Source: an uncultured delta proteobacterium (GTDB lineage Bacteria > Desulfobacterota > Binatia > DP-6). From it: a DNA stretch of 64,000 bases. Location of the stretch: contig CAWFFN010000009.1 in assembly GCA_963815115.1 (NCBI GenBank), positions 992,001 to 1,056,000 of the forward strand, in the 5' to 3' direction. Positions 1-15,185 of this stretch are shown here, in pieces; the stretch's first letter is position 1, and every line of letters starts with the position of its first letter. The translations under genes were made by a program, and so were the position numbers. The notes under the pieces are model-generated. The model worked only from the letters and a program-made list of their open reading frames with translations. It was not told the DNA's origin and searched no databases.

Positions 1-18
1 TCTCCTCAGCTCACGCAT
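1..18 (-). CDS. 5' end of a gene running off the window (MRELRR...), possibly a type IV prepilin
   Basis: ATG at 18 with AAAGGAG SD upstream, directly after pilC; basic leader fits a prepilin, but only 6 codons are visible. Confidence 0.35.
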
Positions 19-57
19 CCCAATGTCTCCTTTGCTGTGCGGCAAGACGGCGCGCGC

Positions 58-1191
58 TCACCCGAGCACGGCGCCGAGCCGGAAGATGGGCAGGTACATC
101 GACACCACGAGGCCGCCGATCACGACACCGAGAAACAGCATGAGCGCGGGCTCGAGCAGGGCGAGCAGGTTCGACGCCGCCGTGTGGACCTCGTCGTCGT
201 ACAGGTCGGCGACGCGCGCGAGCATGACGTCGAGCGTCCCGGTGGCTTCGCCGACCGCGATCATCTGGCGGACCATCGGCGGAATCGCCGGGCTCTCGCC
301 GAGGGGCTGAGCCAGGCTGCGTCCTCGCGCGAGGCTTGCCCGCGCACGGGCGAAGGCGTCCTCGATGGTCCCGTTGCCGGCCGTGCGGGCGGCAACGTCG
401 AGCGCGTCGAGGATCGCGACCCCGGATGCGACGAGCGTGCCCAGCGTCCGGACGGCCCGTGCCACGGCGGCCTTGCCGAGGAGGTCGCCCAGGACCGGGA
501 CGCGTAGCACCCAGCGGTCCCGCAGCTCCCTTCCCGCTGCGGTCGTGCCCGCGACGCCGAGCGCTGCCCCGGAGCCGACGGCCGCGGCGCCGAGGAGCAA
601 GGCATGCGCGCGCAGCGAGTTCGACAGGCCGAGGACGAGCCGCGTCGGTGCCGGCAGCTCGGCGCCGAAGCTGGCAAACGTGCCGGCGAATACCGGAACC
701 ACCCAGACCAGCAGGATCGCGCTCACCACGAACGCCGCCGCGACCACGCAGGCCGGGTAGGCCAGTGCGCCCAGGACGGTGCGCCGGAGCCGGGCGGATT
801 GCTCGAGATGCGCCGCCAGGCGGTGCAGGACGGCGTCGAGGACGCCGGCCAGCTCTCCCGCGCGCACGAGGCTCGCGTACAGCGGGGGGAAGACTCCCGG
901 ATGGCTCTCGACGGTTTCCGCGAGGGCGCTGCCCGCGGCCACGCGCTGCGCGAGATCGCGTAGCGTCCGGCGCAGGATCGTCCCCTCGGCCTGCTCGGCG
1001 AGCAGGTGGAGGCCGTGCACGATGGGCAGCCCGGCACCGACCATGGTCGCGAGCTGGCGGGTGGTGACCGCGAGCGCCCGCGAGCTCACACGGCGGCGGA
1101 GGACCGCGCGCCACGGCGGCTGGACATCTGCAGTTGGGGTGCTCGCCCCCGTCGTCTCGAGCGAGCGGACCTGCGCCAGATCGACGGCCAT
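58..1191 (-). CDS. pilC: Type IV pilus inner-membrane platform protein PilC (T2SS F family)
   Basis: TRQLATMVGAGLP, GELAGVLDAVL, ALAYP, GEATGTLD, LLEP, MYLPIF; start MAVDLAQ at 1191 with AGGAG SD. Confidence 0.9.
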   Translation of the reverse strand: MAVDLAQVRSLETTGASTPTADVQPPWRAVLRRRVSSRALAVTTRQLATMVGAGLPIVHGLHLLAEQAEGTILRRTLRDLAQRVAAGSALAETVESHPGVFPPLYASLVRAGELAGVLDAVLHRLAAHLEQSARLRRTVLGALAYPACVVAAAFVVSAILLVWVVPVFAGTFASFGAELPAPTRLVLGLSNSLRAHALLLGAAAVGSGAALGVAGTTAAGRELRDRWVLRVPVLGDLLGKAAVARAVRTLGTLVASGVAILDALDVAARTAGNGTIEDAFARARASLARGRSLAQPLGESPAIPPMVRQMIAVGEATGTLDVMLARVADLYDDEVHTAASNLLALLEPALMLFLGVVIGGLVVSMYLPIFRLGAVLG

Positions 1192-1226
1192 TGGAGTGCT
1201 CCTTGAGCGTTTTCTTCGAGTGCTTC

Positions 1227-2300
1227 TCAGCGGCCCACGGCCGGCTCGAGCTGCCGGCGAAGCTCGTCCGGCTCGATCGCGCGAGCCATGGCTTCCTCCG
1301 GCGTGACCACGTCGCGCTCCACGAGCGCCACCAGCGCGCGGGTCATGGTCTGCATGCCCGTCGCGCCCTGGGCGAGCTGCATCTGCGAGTACACCTGGTG
1401 CGTCTTCTCCTCGCGGATGAGATTGCGAATGGCGGGTGTGGCGACCATTACCTCGGCGGCGAGCGCCCGTCCGGTGCCGTCGCGCCGGCGAACGAGCTGC
1501 TGCGCGATCACCCCCTGGAGCACGAGCGACAGCTGGGCGCGCACCTGAGCCTGCTGGTGAGGTGGGAAGGCGTCGACGATGCGGGTGATGGTCTGAACGG
1601 CCGAGCCGGTGTGCAGGGTGGAGAGGACGAGATGGCCGGTCTCGGCGACGGTGAGCGCGGCCTCGATGGTCTCGCGGTCGCGCATCTCGCCGACCAGCAC
1701 GACGTCGGGGTCCTGGCGCAGCACCTGCCGCAAGGCTCGCGCAAAGCCGCCGGTGTCGCTCGCGAGCTCGCGCTGGGTCACCAGGCAGCGCCTGGGCTCG
1801 TGCAGGAACTCGATCGGATCTTCGAGGGAGACGATGTGACCGCGCCGCTCGCGATTCACGTGATCGACGAGGGCGGCGAGCGTGGTGCTCTTGCCGCTGC
1901 CCGTGGCCCCGCTGACCAGTACGAGGCCCCGCGGCTTGCAGGCGAGCCCGGTGACCACCGGGGGCAGCCCGAGGCTGTCGAGCCCGGGAGGGTCGGCGGG
2001 GATCACGCGGAAGGCGCCACCGACGGTCCCGCGCGTGAAATAGAGGTTGCCACGGAAGCGGGCGAGTCCGGGGAGGGCAACGGCAAAATCCAGCTCGCGC
2101 TCGCTCTCGAATCGGCGGCGCTGGTCCTCGCCGAGGAGGCCGTAGCACAGCGCCCGTGCCTCGGCGCGCGACAGCGGCGGGTGCTCGAGCGCGAGCAGCT
2201 CGCCGTGAACGCGCAGGAAGGGTGGGCTGTCGGCCGTCACGTGGAGGTCGGACGCGTCACGGGCGACCGTCTCGTGGAGGAGGGGGTCGATGGTGCGCAT
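1227..2300 (-). CDS. pilT: Type IV pilus retraction ATPase PilT
   Basis: ASDLH, Walker A GATGSGKST, EDPIE, RQDPDVVLVGEMRD, AETGHLV, AIRNLIRE, GMQT. Confidence 0.93.
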   Translation of the reverse strand: MRTIDPLLHETVARDASDLHVTADSPPFLRVHGELLALEHPPLSRAEARALCYGLLGEDQRRRFESERELDFAVALPGLARFRGNLYFTRGTVGGAFRVIPADPPGLDSLGLPPVVTGLACKPRGLVLVSGATGSGKSTTLAALVDHVNRERRGHIVSLEDPIEFLHEPRRCLVTQRELASDTGGFARALRQVLRQDPDVVLVGEMRDRETIEAALTVAETGHLVLSTLHTGSAVQTITRIVDAFPPHQQAQVRAQLSLVLQGVIAQQLVRRRDGTGRALAAEVMVATPAIRNLIREEKTHQVYSQMQLAQGATGMQTMTRALVALVERDVVTPEEAMARAIEPDELRRQLEPAVGR

Positions 2301-2312
2301 CGGCGGCGATGA

Positions 2313-2328
2313 AGCAGCGTGCGTGCCA
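2313..2328 (-). promoter_or_regulatory. Putative sigma54 (-24/-12) promoter for pilT-pilC
   Basis: TGGCACGCACGCTGCT (GG-N10-GC) in the pilB-pilT gap. Confidence 0.55.
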
Positions 2329-2427
2329 GCGCGCGACGCGCGTGATGACGGCCGCTCCGGGCTTCGCGCGGGGCTCGATCGCAACGGAGTCGCAGCGCCA
2401 GCGCTTCGCGTGTTGCGCCGTGCGGGC

Positions 2428-4107
2428 TCAATCGGCCGGCGTGATGCGGAGGACCTCCTCGACGCTGGTCGCGCCGCCGGCGGCGAGCGCGAGACCGGCC
2501 TGGCGGAGGGTGCGCATGCCGGCGGCACGGGCGACCCGCCGCAGCTCCAGCGTGCTCGCGCCGGCGACGAGGCCGTCGCGCAGTGCATCGCCGAGGGGCA
2601 GCAGCTCGTAGACGGCGGCGCGACCGCGGAAGCCGGTTCCTCCGCAGGCCGTACAGCCCGTCCCCTGGCGCGTCGCGAACGGCGCGCCGTCCCAGCCAGC
2701 GGCGCGCAGCGCAGCGAGCGGCAAGGGGTGATCGCGCGCGCAGGAGACGCAGACCAGACGCGCCAGGCGCTGTGCCACGACCAGGGTCAGCGAGGCAGCG
2801 ACCAGGAAGGCCGGGATGCCCATGTCGAGCAAGCGCGTCATCGCGGACGGCGCATCGCCGGTGTGCAGCGTGGACAGGACCAGATGTCCCGTCAGCGCGG
2901 CCTTGACCGCGATGTCCGCCGTCTCGAGATCGCGGATCTCGCCGACCATGACGACGTCCGGGTCCTGACGCAGGAATGCACGCAGGGCGGTGGCGAAGGA
3001 CAGGCCGATGTCGTCCCGCGTCTGCACCTGATTGATGCCGTGCAGCGGAAATTCGATCGGGTCCTCGGCGGTGCAGATGTTGATGATGGGCGTGTTGAGC
3101 TCGGCGAGCGCCGCATAGAGGGTCGTGGTCTTGCCGCTGCCGGTGGGCCCCGTGACCAGCACCAGGCCGCACGGGCGTGCGATCGCCGTGCGCAGCTCGT
3201 GCAGCGCGCTCTCCTCGAAGCCGAGCGTCCCCAGATCGCTCTGCAGGTGCGTGCGGTCGAGGATGCGCAGCACCAGCTTCTCGCCGAAGGCGGTCGGCAG
3301 CGCGGAGATCCGGACGTCGGTCTCCGAGCCATCGGGTGACCGGAAGCGCAGGCGACCGTCCTGGGGCAGCCGGCGCTCGGCAATGTCGAGCTGGGCGAGG
3401 ACCTTCAAGCGCGTGGCGATGGCGCTGTGGAAGGCCAGGGGTGGCTGCATCACCTCGCACAGCACGCCATCGATGCGGAAGCGTATGCGGAGCGCGCGCT
3501 CGTAGGGCTCGATGTGGACGTCGCTCGCGTGCCGCCGGACGGCCTCGGCCAGGAGCGCGTTCACCAGCCGGACGACGGGGGCCTGCTCGCTCGCGGCCAG
3601 TGGCTCGCGGAGAGGATCGTCGTCCACGGCGTCTCCGGGATGCGCGGGGCCGAGCTGGGACAGCGCATCGGCCAGCGGCGACGGCGCCCCGTAGAGGCGC
3701 TCGATCGCCGCGTGCACCGACGTCGGGCTCGCCGCGGCGATGCGCACGTCGCGCCCGGTCAGGAACTTCACCTCGTTCACCGCCGACGGATGGGCCGGAT
3801 CCACCATCGCCAGCGTCAGCGTGCCTCGGTCGAGCGCGATCGGCACCAGCTCGTGCCGGCGTGCCAGGGTGTGCGGTACCGTCTCGATGGCGTCGCTCGC
3901 GACGTCGGCGCTGCGCGGATCGACGACCGGGAGCCGGTACTCCGCCGCCACCAGGGCGACGAGCCGGTCCTCGTCGACCAGACCGAGCCGGACGAGATGC
4001 GTGGCCAGCGCGCCGCCGTGCTCGCGTTGCGCCGCGAGCGCCGGCGCGAGCTGGTCGTCGGTGAGCGCGCCGTGCCGCCGCAGGAGGTCTCCGAGCCTGG
4101 AGGTCAT
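2428..4107 (-). CDS. pilB: Type IV pilus assembly ATPase PilB (GspE family)
   Basis: N-terminal RLGDLL (MshEN-like), ASDVHIEP, ERRLPQDGR, GPTGSGKTTT, RQDPDVVMVGEIRD, two CxxC motifs. Confidence 0.92.
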   Translation of the reverse strand: MTSRLGDLLRRHGALTDDQLAPALAAQREHGGALATHLVRLGLVDEDRLVALVAAEYRLPVVDPRSADVASDAIETVPHTLARRHELVPIALDRGTLTLAMVDPAHPSAVNEVKFLTGRDVRIAAASPTSVHAAIERLYGAPSPLADALSQLGPAHPGDAVDDDPLREPLAASEQAPVVRLVNALLAEAVRRHASDVHIEPYERALRIRFRIDGVLCEVMQPPLAFHSAIATRLKVLAQLDIAERRLPQDGRLRFRSPDGSETDVRISALPTAFGEKLVLRILDRTHLQSDLGTLGFEESALHELRTAIARPCGLVLVTGPTGSGKTTTLYAALAELNTPIINICTAEDPIEFPLHGINQVQTRDDIGLSFATALRAFLRQDPDVVMVGEIRDLETADIAVKAALTGHLVLSTLHTGDAPSAMTRLLDMGIPAFLVAASLTLVVAQRLARLVCVSCARDHPLPLAALRAAGWDGAPFATRQGTGCTACGGTGFRGRAAVYELLPLGDALRDGLVAGASTLELRRVARAAGMRTLRQAGLALAAGGATSVEEVLRITPAD

Positions 4108-4141
4108 CGTCCGTGCGGGCGGGCGCACGGACGCTACGGGC

Positions 4142-4999
4142 TCAGGGCCGCCGGGGCAAGGTGAGGCCCGCAGTACGGAGCGCCAACGCCATCGCGGCGA
4201 GCGGCGCGGGTCGCTGCGTCCAGGCTTCGAAGGCGAGGGCGCCCTGGTGGAGCAGCATGGCGGCTCCGTCGAGCGTGGGCCGCCCGGCCCGGGCCGCTGC
4301 GCGCAGGAAGGGCGACGGGACCGCGCCGTAGACCAGGTCCACGAAGAGGCAGCGGCGCGGCGTCGCTCCGACGTGCACCGCGAGCGAGCGTCCGGCGAGG
4401 CCGACTGGCGTCGTATTGACGACCAGTCGAGCACCCTCCAGCGGCGTCCCGCGCCGGAGCGCCTCCAGCGCCACGACCTGGACGCCGGGCGCACCGAGCT
4501 GGCGTAGTCGCTCCGCCAGCGCCTCGCCGCGTGCGCGCGTACGGTTTGCCACTACGATGTCGCGGCAGCCCGCCGCGACGAGGCTCGCGCCGGCGGCACG
4601 GGCGCTTCCCCCCGCTCCGACGAGCACGACCCGGGCGCCGGCGAGCCGGACGTGCCCGCGGAGCGCGCGGGCGAAGCCACGCGCGTCGGTGTTGTCGCCG
4701 ACGAGCCGTCTTCCCCGGGCGATGATCGTGTTCACGGCGCCGATCCGCTCGGCTTCCTCGCTCAGCGTGTCGAGCAGGGGAAGCGCTTCCTCCTTCAGCG
4801 GGACGGTGAGATTGAGGCCGCCGATGCCGAGGCGGCGCGCCTCGAGGAGGGCGCGCCCCAGCTCCGCCGGGCTCACGCGCCAGCGCAGGTAGAGATGGGG
4901 CAGCGCGCAGGCTGCGAAGCCCGCGTTGTGCATCGCGGGCGAGAGCGAGTGGTCGACGGGGTCGCCGAGGACGCCAAAGAGACGGGGCTGGACGGGCAC
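4142..4999 (-). CDS. aroE: Shikimate dehydrogenase
   Basis: GDPVDHSLSP, NLTVPLK, GAVNT, GDNTD, GAGGSAR, NTTPVG, DLVY, MLLHQG. Confidence 0.93.
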   Translation of the reverse strand: MPVQPRLFGVLGDPVDHSLSPAMHNAGFAACALPHLYLRWRVSPAELGRALLEARRLGIGGLNLTVPLKEEALPLLDTLSEEAERIGAVNTIIARGRRLVGDNTDARGFARALRGHVRLAGARVVLVGAGGSARAAGASLVAAGCRDIVVANRTRARGEALAERLRQLGAPGVQVVALEALRRGTPLEGARLVVNTTPVGLAGRSLAVHVGATPRRCLFVDLVYGAVPSPFLRAAARAGRPTLDGAAMLLHQGALAFEAWTQRPAPLAAMALALRTAGLTLPRRP

Positions 5000-7780
<2,781 letters not shown>

Positions 7781-7814
7781 GGATCCTCCTCGCCCGACGA
7801 AAGGGGGTGCGAAG

Positions 7815-8579
7815 CTAGCGGAGGGCGGTGGGGGAATCAACGCGCGTCCGCGCGAGGAACCCGCGCGAGCGCACCGGCCCGGACGTCACCGACGCCAGCA
7901 GCTCCTCGGTGACGCGCGCAGCCTCCGAGGAGGCGGCACCGGACGCGGAGGCCCGGTCCAGCGGCTCGACGCCGAGACGCGTGAGCAGCGCGGCGATCTC
8001 CGGGGCGACGGTGTGAACCGGCTCGCCGACCGGGACGCATCGGCGGCACAGCAGGCCACCGCGCTCCACGACGAGGTAGAGCGGCGCGTCGGCCGGTATG
8101 CCGCAGCCGCGGCAGCGATCGAGCGCGGGCGCCCAGCCGCTCGCCCGCAGGAGATGCATCTCGACGGCGCGCAGCAAGGCGTCGGGCTCGGCGCCGCCGG
8201 CGAGCAGACGGAGGGCGTCGCGCACCAGGCGGTAGACGTCGACACCGGATTCGCGCCCGAGCACCATGCGATCGGTGAGATCCAGGACGTAGCTGCCGGC
8301 GGCGAAGCGATCGAGGTCCGCGGTGAGACCCCGCAGCGCCTCCAGCAGCTCGCAGCGCACCAGGAAGGCCAGGTCCGACGCAGGACGGACCCGGAAGACG
8401 ACGCGCACGTGGACGAAGGGTTCGAGCGTACCCGCGAAGCGGCGCCGCGAGTTCTTCGCTCCCTTGGCGATGCCGGTCACCTTGCCGTGCTGCTCCGTGA
8501 TGAAGGTGACGATACGGTCCGACTCACCGTACGCGCGGGCGCGGAGCACGAAGGCCGGAGTGGCGATCTCGTCGGGCAC
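7815..8579 (-). CDS. recO: DNA repair protein RecO
   Basis: [29 protein letters not shown], CxxC..CxxC zinc finger. Confidence 0.9.
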   Translation of the reverse strand: MPDEIATPAFVLRARAYGESDRIVTFITEQHGKVTGIAKGAKNSRRRFAGTLEPFVHVRVVFRVRPASDLAFLVRCELLEALRGLTADLDRFAAGSYVLDLTDRMVLGRESGVDVYRLVRDALRLLAGGAEPDALLRAVEMHLLRASGWAPALDRCRGCGIPADAPLYLVVERGGLLCRRCVPVGEPVHTVAPEIAALLTRLGVEPLDRASASGAASSEAARVTEELLASVTSGPVRSRGFLARTRVDSPTALR

Positions 8580-8668
8580 GGGCTGGCCAGGGCGCAGGTA
8601 CCACCGCTGCCCGTCGCCCGCAACTCGCGGCCTGGTCGCACATCGCCCAGCGTGATGGAGTGCCGCGC

Positions 8669-9547
8669 ATGGTGACGACGCGACGCCTCCTCGATCTCAC
8701 CTACCAGGCGTTCAACGCACGTGACATCGACCGGGCGCTCGCCACCATGCATCCCGACGTGGACTGGCCGAACGGCATGGAGGGCGGTCGCGTCCATGGC
8801 CACGCAGCGGTCCGCGAGTACTGGACGCGACAGTGGCGCTCCATCGATCCGCACGTGGAGCCGGTGCGCTTCGCCGCCGACGAAGGCGGCCGAACGGTGG
8901 TCGACGTGCGCCAGGTCGTCCGGGACCGGGCGGGCAATCTGGTCGCGGACGAGATGGTCCAGCACGTCTATCGCGTCGAGGACGACCTGGTGAGGAGCAT
9001 GGAGATTCGAAAGCTCCCGGGACGCAGGATCATCCGACGGGAGCGACCGGCGGACGTGCTCGCCATCCGCCGCCTGCACGAGGTGGCGTTCCCGACTCCG
9101 GCCGAGGCCAGGCTGGTGGACGGCCTGCGCAGGAGCGGACGGCTCGTCGTCTCGTTGGTGGCGGAGGAGTCGAGCGAGATCGTGGGGCACGTGGCCTTCA
9201 GTCCGGTGTCTGCGGGTGCGAGCTCGGAGGGTCTCGGGCTTGCTCCGCTGGCGGTCGCTTCCGGGCGCCGGCGTCGAGGCGTCGGAAGCGCGCTGGTCCG
9301 CGGCGGGCTGGACGCGGGCCGGCGCGCGGGATTCGGCTTCGTCGTCGTGCTCGGCGAGCCCGCCTACTACGAGCGCTTCGGCTTCGCGGCGGCGAGAGGC
9401 TGGGGGCTGCTGGACGAATACGGTGGTGGCGCCGCCTTTCAGGCGCTGGAGCTGCGACCCGGAGCGATCCCGCGCGGTTCGGGTGCGGTCCGGTACGGCG
9501 ACGAGTTTGCGCTCCTCGACCCCCGCCCGAAGGTCGATGTGCCTTGA
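8669..9547 (+). CDS. SnoaL/NTF2-like domain fused to a GNAT N-acetyltransferase (YhbS-like)
   Basis: N-half YQAFNARDID..HPDVDWPNG..GHAAVREYW; C-half EARLVDGLR, VGHVAFSPV, LAPLAV..RRRGVG, VLGEPAYYERFGF. Confidence 0.75.
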   Translation: MVTTRRLLDLTYQAFNARDIDRALATMHPDVDWPNGMEGGRVHGHAAVREYWTRQWRSIDPHVEPVRFAADEGGRTVVDVRQVVRDRAGNLVADEMVQHVYRVEDDLVRSMEIRKLPGRRIIRRERPADVLAIRRLHEVAFPTPAEARLVDGLRRSGRLVVSLVAEESSEIVGHVAFSPVSAGASSEGLGLAPLAVASGRRRRGVGSALVRGGLDAGRRAGFGFVVVLGEPAYYERFGFAAARGWGLLDEYGGGAAFQALELRPGAIPRGSGAVRYGDEFALLDPRPKVDVP

Positions 9548-9572
9548 CAAACGGGGTTCTGGTGCCTAGCTA
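9544..9572 (+). promoter_or_regulatory. Putative sigma70-type promoter of grpE-dnaK-dnaJ
   Basis: TTGACA-17 nt-TAGCTA, about 45 nt upstream of grpE. Confidence 0.5.
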
Positions 9573-9616
9573 CCCGCCGCCGAGCCGCGCCGCTGCGCCG
9601 GTCCCCGGCACCCGTC

Positions 9617-10216
9617 ATGGCGAACGAACGTGATCACAAAGGACCGGGGCCGGCCCATCCGACACCCGACCCCTTCGAGGCAGCACCGGAAGGCCCGGGG
9701 GACCGCATCGAGGCGCTGGAAGCCGAGCTGTCGGCAGCCCGGGAAGAGGCTCGCCAGGCGAACGAACGCTGGCTGCGCGAGCGTGCCGACGCCGAGAACC
9801 TGAAGAAGCGTGCCGCGCGGGAGCGCAGCGAGGCGGTCCGGTTCGGCACCGAGTCCCTGGTCCGTGACCTGCTGCCCGTGGTCGACAACCTGGAGCGTGC
9901 GGTCCAGGCCGCCCAGGACGGGGGAAACGGGGCGCCCCTGGTGGAGGGGGTCACCCTCGTCCTGAAGGCGCTGATGGACGTCCTCGGCCGCCACGGGGTC
10001 ACCCGCGTCGACGCCCGGGGGACGCGCTTCGATCCGACGCACCACGAGGCCGTGGCCCACCTGGAGAGCGCGGAGCACGAAGCCAACTCGGTCATCGAGG
10101 AGCACCAGCCCGGCTACCGCCTCCACGAACGCCTGCTCCGGCCGGCGCTCGTGACCGTCTCGAAAGGCCCGTCCGGACCTCCGCACAACCTTGCCAAGCC
10201 CCGGGGCGGTGATTAA
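9617..10216 (+). CDS. grpE: Nucleotide exchange factor GrpE
   Basis: RADAENLKKR, LLPVVDNLERA, FDPTHHEAV, GYRLHERLLRPALVTV. Confidence 0.95.
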   Translation: MANERDHKGPGPAHPTPDPFEAAPEGPGDRIEALEAELSAAREEARQANERWLRERADAENLKKRAARERSEAVRFGTESLVRDLLPVVDNLERAVQAAQDGGNGAPLVEGVTLVLKALMDVLGRHGVTRVDARGTRFDPTHHEAVAHLESAEHEANSVIEEHQPGYRLHERLLRPALVTVSKGPSGPPHNLAKPRGGD

Positions 10217-10240
10217 AGCGCCGCCGAGGAGACTCTCACG

Positions 10241-12145
<1,905 letters not shown>

Positions 12146-12238
12146 GCCCGGGTCGCGCGTGGGCGCGGGACCGATTGACGCCGGCCCTCATCCGCCGCGG
12201 CGCGGATGAGGGCCGGCGCTCGTGCGGGTGATCGATCG

Positions 12239-13348
12239 ATGAAGCGCGACTACTACGAGGTGCTGGGCGTCTCCCGGTCCTGCGGTGACGAGGATCTGAA
12301 GAAGGCCTACCGCAAGCTGGCCCTCAGGTATCACCCGGACAAGAATCCCGACGACGCCGAGGCCGAGGAGCGCTTCAAGGAGATCGGCGAGGCCTACCAG
12401 ATACTGGCGGATCCTGAGCGGCGAGCCCGCTACGATCGCTTCGGTCACGCCGCCTTCGAGCAGGGCGGGGGATCCGGCGGCTTCGACTTCGGTGCCGGCT
12501 TCGAGGACATCCTCGGCGATCTCTTCGGAGACTTCTTCGGCACGGGCCGCGGCCGCGGTGGCCGGACGCGGGCGCGGCGGGGGCAGGACCTGCAGTACCA
12601 GCTCGAGGTGACCTTCGAGGAGGCGGCACGCGGCTGCGACAAGACGCTCTCGATCCCGCGCCTCACTCCGTGCACCACGTGCAACGGCAATGGCGCGAAG
12701 CCCGGCACGCAGCCGAAGGCGTGCCCGCAGTGCCGCGGCTCGGGTCAGATCCGCTTCCAGCAGGGCTTCTTCTCCATCGCCAAGACCTGTGGCGGCTGCA
12801 ACGGACATGGGGTCGTGATCGCCGATCCGTGCGCGGACTGCAGCGGCGCCGGAGCGCGCCGGCGCAAGCATACGCTGAGCGTGCGGATCCCCGCCGGCGT
12901 GGACAGCGGATCACGCTTGAAGCTCCGGGGCGAGGGCGAGAGCGGCGGTAGCGGCGGCCAGCCGGGCGATCTCTACGTCCTGATCCAGGTGGCGGAGCAC
13001 CCGCTCTTCCACCGCGAGGGCACCGACGTGGTGTGCGAGGTGCCGCTGAGCCTCGCGCAGGCCGCGCTGGGCACCGAGATCGACGTCCCGACGCTCGATG
13101 GCAAGCGCCGGCTGAAGGTCGTGGCCGGCACGCAGTCGGGACATCTCCTGCGCCTGCGTGGCCTCGGAGTGCCGGACCTGAACGGCTACGGTCGCGGCGA
13201 CCAGGTGGTGCGCGTCATCGTGGAGACGCCGCGCAAGCTCTCGGCCCGCCAGCGCGAGCTGCTGGAGGAATTCGCGCGCATCTCGGGAGAAGAGGTGCAC
13301 CCGATGGCGAAGAGCTTCCTCGAGAAGGTGAAGTCGCTTCTCGAGTAG
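12239..13348 (+). CDS. dnaJ: Chaperone DnaJ
   Basis: [13 protein letters not shown] motif, G/F-rich region, four CxxCxGxG repeats. Confidence 0.97.
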   Translation: MKRDYYEVLGVSRSCGDEDLKKAYRKLALRYHPDKNPDDAEAEERFKEIGEAYQILADPERRARYDRFGHAAFEQGGGSGGFDFGAGFEDILGDLFGDFFGTGRGRGGRTRARRGQDLQYQLEVTFEEAARGCDKTLSIPRLTPCTTCNGNGAKPGTQPKACPQCRGSGQIRFQQGFFSIAKTCGGCNGHGVVIADPCADCSGAGARRRKHTLSVRIPAGVDSGSRLKLRGEGESGGSGGQPGDLYVLIQVAEHPLFHREGTDVVCEVPLSLAQAALGTEIDVPTLDGKRRLKVVAGTQSGHLLRLRGLGVPDLNGYGRGDQVVRVIVETPRKLSARQRELLEEFARISGEEVHPMAKSFLEKVKSLLE

Positions 13349-13407
13349 GTATCTCCCCGCGCGACGGCGTCGCTTGAAGGACGCCGGCGCTCCGTCGATG
13401 ATCGCGC

Positions 13408-14388
13408 ATGCCGCGCAGACGCCGCCGGCGGCGAGGCGCCGCCACCTTGCGCACCGTGGGCGAGCACGGGTGGATCGCCCGCTTGCCCGGCAGGCTGGCG
13501 CCGGGGCGGCGCACGCTCGTCGGCCCGGGGGACGACGTGGCCGTGCTCCGTCCGGTTCGCCGTCCGCTGCTGCTCACGACCGACACGCTGGTCGAGGGCG
13601 TGCACTTCCGCCTCGGGTGGGAGCCGCCCGCTGCGCTCGGCCGCCGCGTGCTCCGCGTCAACCTGAGTGACGTCGCGGCCATGGGCGGCGACGCGCTCGC
13701 CGCGCTGGTCTCCGTGGAGGCACCGGGCCGCCTTCCCGTGCGCGTCCTGGACGGCATCATGCGCGGCCTCGCCGCCGATGCCCGGCGCCACGGCGTGGAC
13801 GTGGTGGGCGGCAACCTCGCCGCCGCGCCCCGGCTGGCGATCACCGTGACGCTGCTCGGGCAGGCGGGACGCCGCCTGGCGACGCGCGCCGACGCGCGTC
13901 CGCGTGACGACGTGTGGCTGAGCGGCACGCTCGGCAGCGCGGGGTGCGCCGTCCGCGCGCTCCTCGCCGGGCGTCGCGGCCGCCGCCCGGGCGTGCCGGT
14001 CCGTCTCGCCGCAGGTCGCCTGCTCGCGCCGCTCGCCCACGCGATGATCGACGTGAGCGACGGATTGGTCCAGGACCTCGGGCACGTCTGCCGGGCGAGC
14101 GGTGTCGCCGCCGAGATCGACGCGGCGACCCTTCCGGTGGCGCCGGCGTGCCGCCGCGCGCTCGGCGCCGCGGCGGCGCGTTTTGCGGCCACGGCGGGCG
14201 AGGACTACGAGCTGCTCCTGACCGCGTCCCCGCGCCGTCGCTCCGATCTCGCGCGGATCGCACCGCGGCTGGGCTGCCGGCTGACACGGATCGGCCACAT
14301 CGTCGCTGGGCGTCCGGTCGTGCGGCTCCTGGATACGCGCGGGAGGCCGCTGGCGCTGCCTCGCGCGGGCTTCGACCACTTCCGCTGA
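13408..14388 (+). CDS. thiL: Thiamine-monophosphate kinase
   Basis: GPGDDVA, TTDTLVEGVHF, NLSDVAAMG, IDVSDGL, GEDYELL; exact start uncertain. Confidence 0.9.
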   Translation: MPRRRRRRRGAATLRTVGEHGWIARLPGRLAPGRRTLVGPGDDVAVLRPVRRPLLLTTDTLVEGVHFRLGWEPPAALGRRVLRVNLSDVAAMGGDALAALVSVEAPGRLPVRVLDGIMRGLAADARRHGVDVVGGNLAAAPRLAITVTLLGQAGRRLATRADARPRDDVWLSGTLGSAGCAVRALLAGRRGRRPGVPVRLAAGRLLAPLAHAMIDVSDGLVQDLGHVCRASGVAAEIDAATLPVAPACRRALGAAAARFAATAGEDYELLLTASPRRRSDLARIAPRLGCRLTRIGHIVAGRPVVRLLDTRGRPLALPRAGFDHFR

Positions 14389-14432
14389 CCCGCGCTTGCG
14401 GCCCCACGGCGCGGCGGCTAACGCTGTGGGCC

Positions 14433-15185
14433 ATGGAGCGCGAGCGCCTCGCCGAGCTGCTCGAGGCCGTGCGGCGCGGCGCGTGCCCGGTGGACGAGGC
14501 CCTCGATCGCCTCCGTGCGCTGCCCTACGAGGACCTCGGCTTCGCGCGGCTGGACCACCACCGGAGTCTCCGCAACGGCTTCCCCGAGGTGGTGTTCGGT
14601 GAAGGCAAGACCACCGACCAGATCGTCGCCATTGCCGACCGGCTGGCGGCGGCGGGCGGCAACGTCCTGATCACGCGTCTCGCGCCCGGACCGGCGGAGC
14701 ACCTGCTCGCGGCGGTCGACGGCTTCGAGTACCACCCCTTGCCGCGCCTTGCCCTGCGGCGCGCACGGCCGATCGAGCCGCGCGGCGACGGCACGGTGCT
14801 GGTGGTGTCGGCGGGCACGGCGGATCTGGCGGTGGCGGAGGAAGCCGCGATCACGGCCGAGCTCATGGCCAACCGGGTCGAGCGTCTGTACGACGTCGGC
14901 GTCTCCGGGCTGCACCGGCTGCTGGGCGAGCGCGAGCGCCTCTGGGACGCGGCGGTGCTGATCGTCGTCGCGGGCATGGAGGGGGCGCTGCCGAGCGTGG
15001 TGGGCGGTCTGGTGGATCGCCCCGTGATCGCGGTGCCCACCAGCGTCGGCTACGGCACCAGCATGCAGGGCCTGGCAGCGCTCCTCGGCATGCTCAACAC
15101 CTGCGCCGCGGGCGTCGTGGTGGTGAACATCGACAATGGGTTCGGCGCCGCCGCCGCCGCCACCCGCATGAACCAGCGCCGCTGA
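14433..15185 (+). CDS. larB: Nickel pincer cofactor biosynthesis protein LarB (AIR-carboxylase-like)
   Basis: [69 protein letters not shown]. Confidence 0.9.
   Translation: MERERLAELLEAVRRGACPVDEALDRLRALPYEDLGFARLDHHRSLRNGFPEVVFGEGKTTDQIVAIADRLAAAGGNVLITRLAPGPAEHLLAAVDGFEYHPLPRLALRRARPIEPRGDGTVLVVSAGTADLAVAEEAAITAELMANRVERLYDVGVSGLHRLLGERERLWDAAVLIVVAGMEGALPSVVGGLVDRPVIAVPTSVGYGTSMQGLAALLGMLNTCAAGVVVVNIDNGFGAAAAATRMNQRR

Noticed and set aside
9547-9617. CIRCE or sigma32 element upstream of grpE
   Set aside because: No TTAGCACTC-N9-GAGTGCTAA and no clear CCCCAT -10 found
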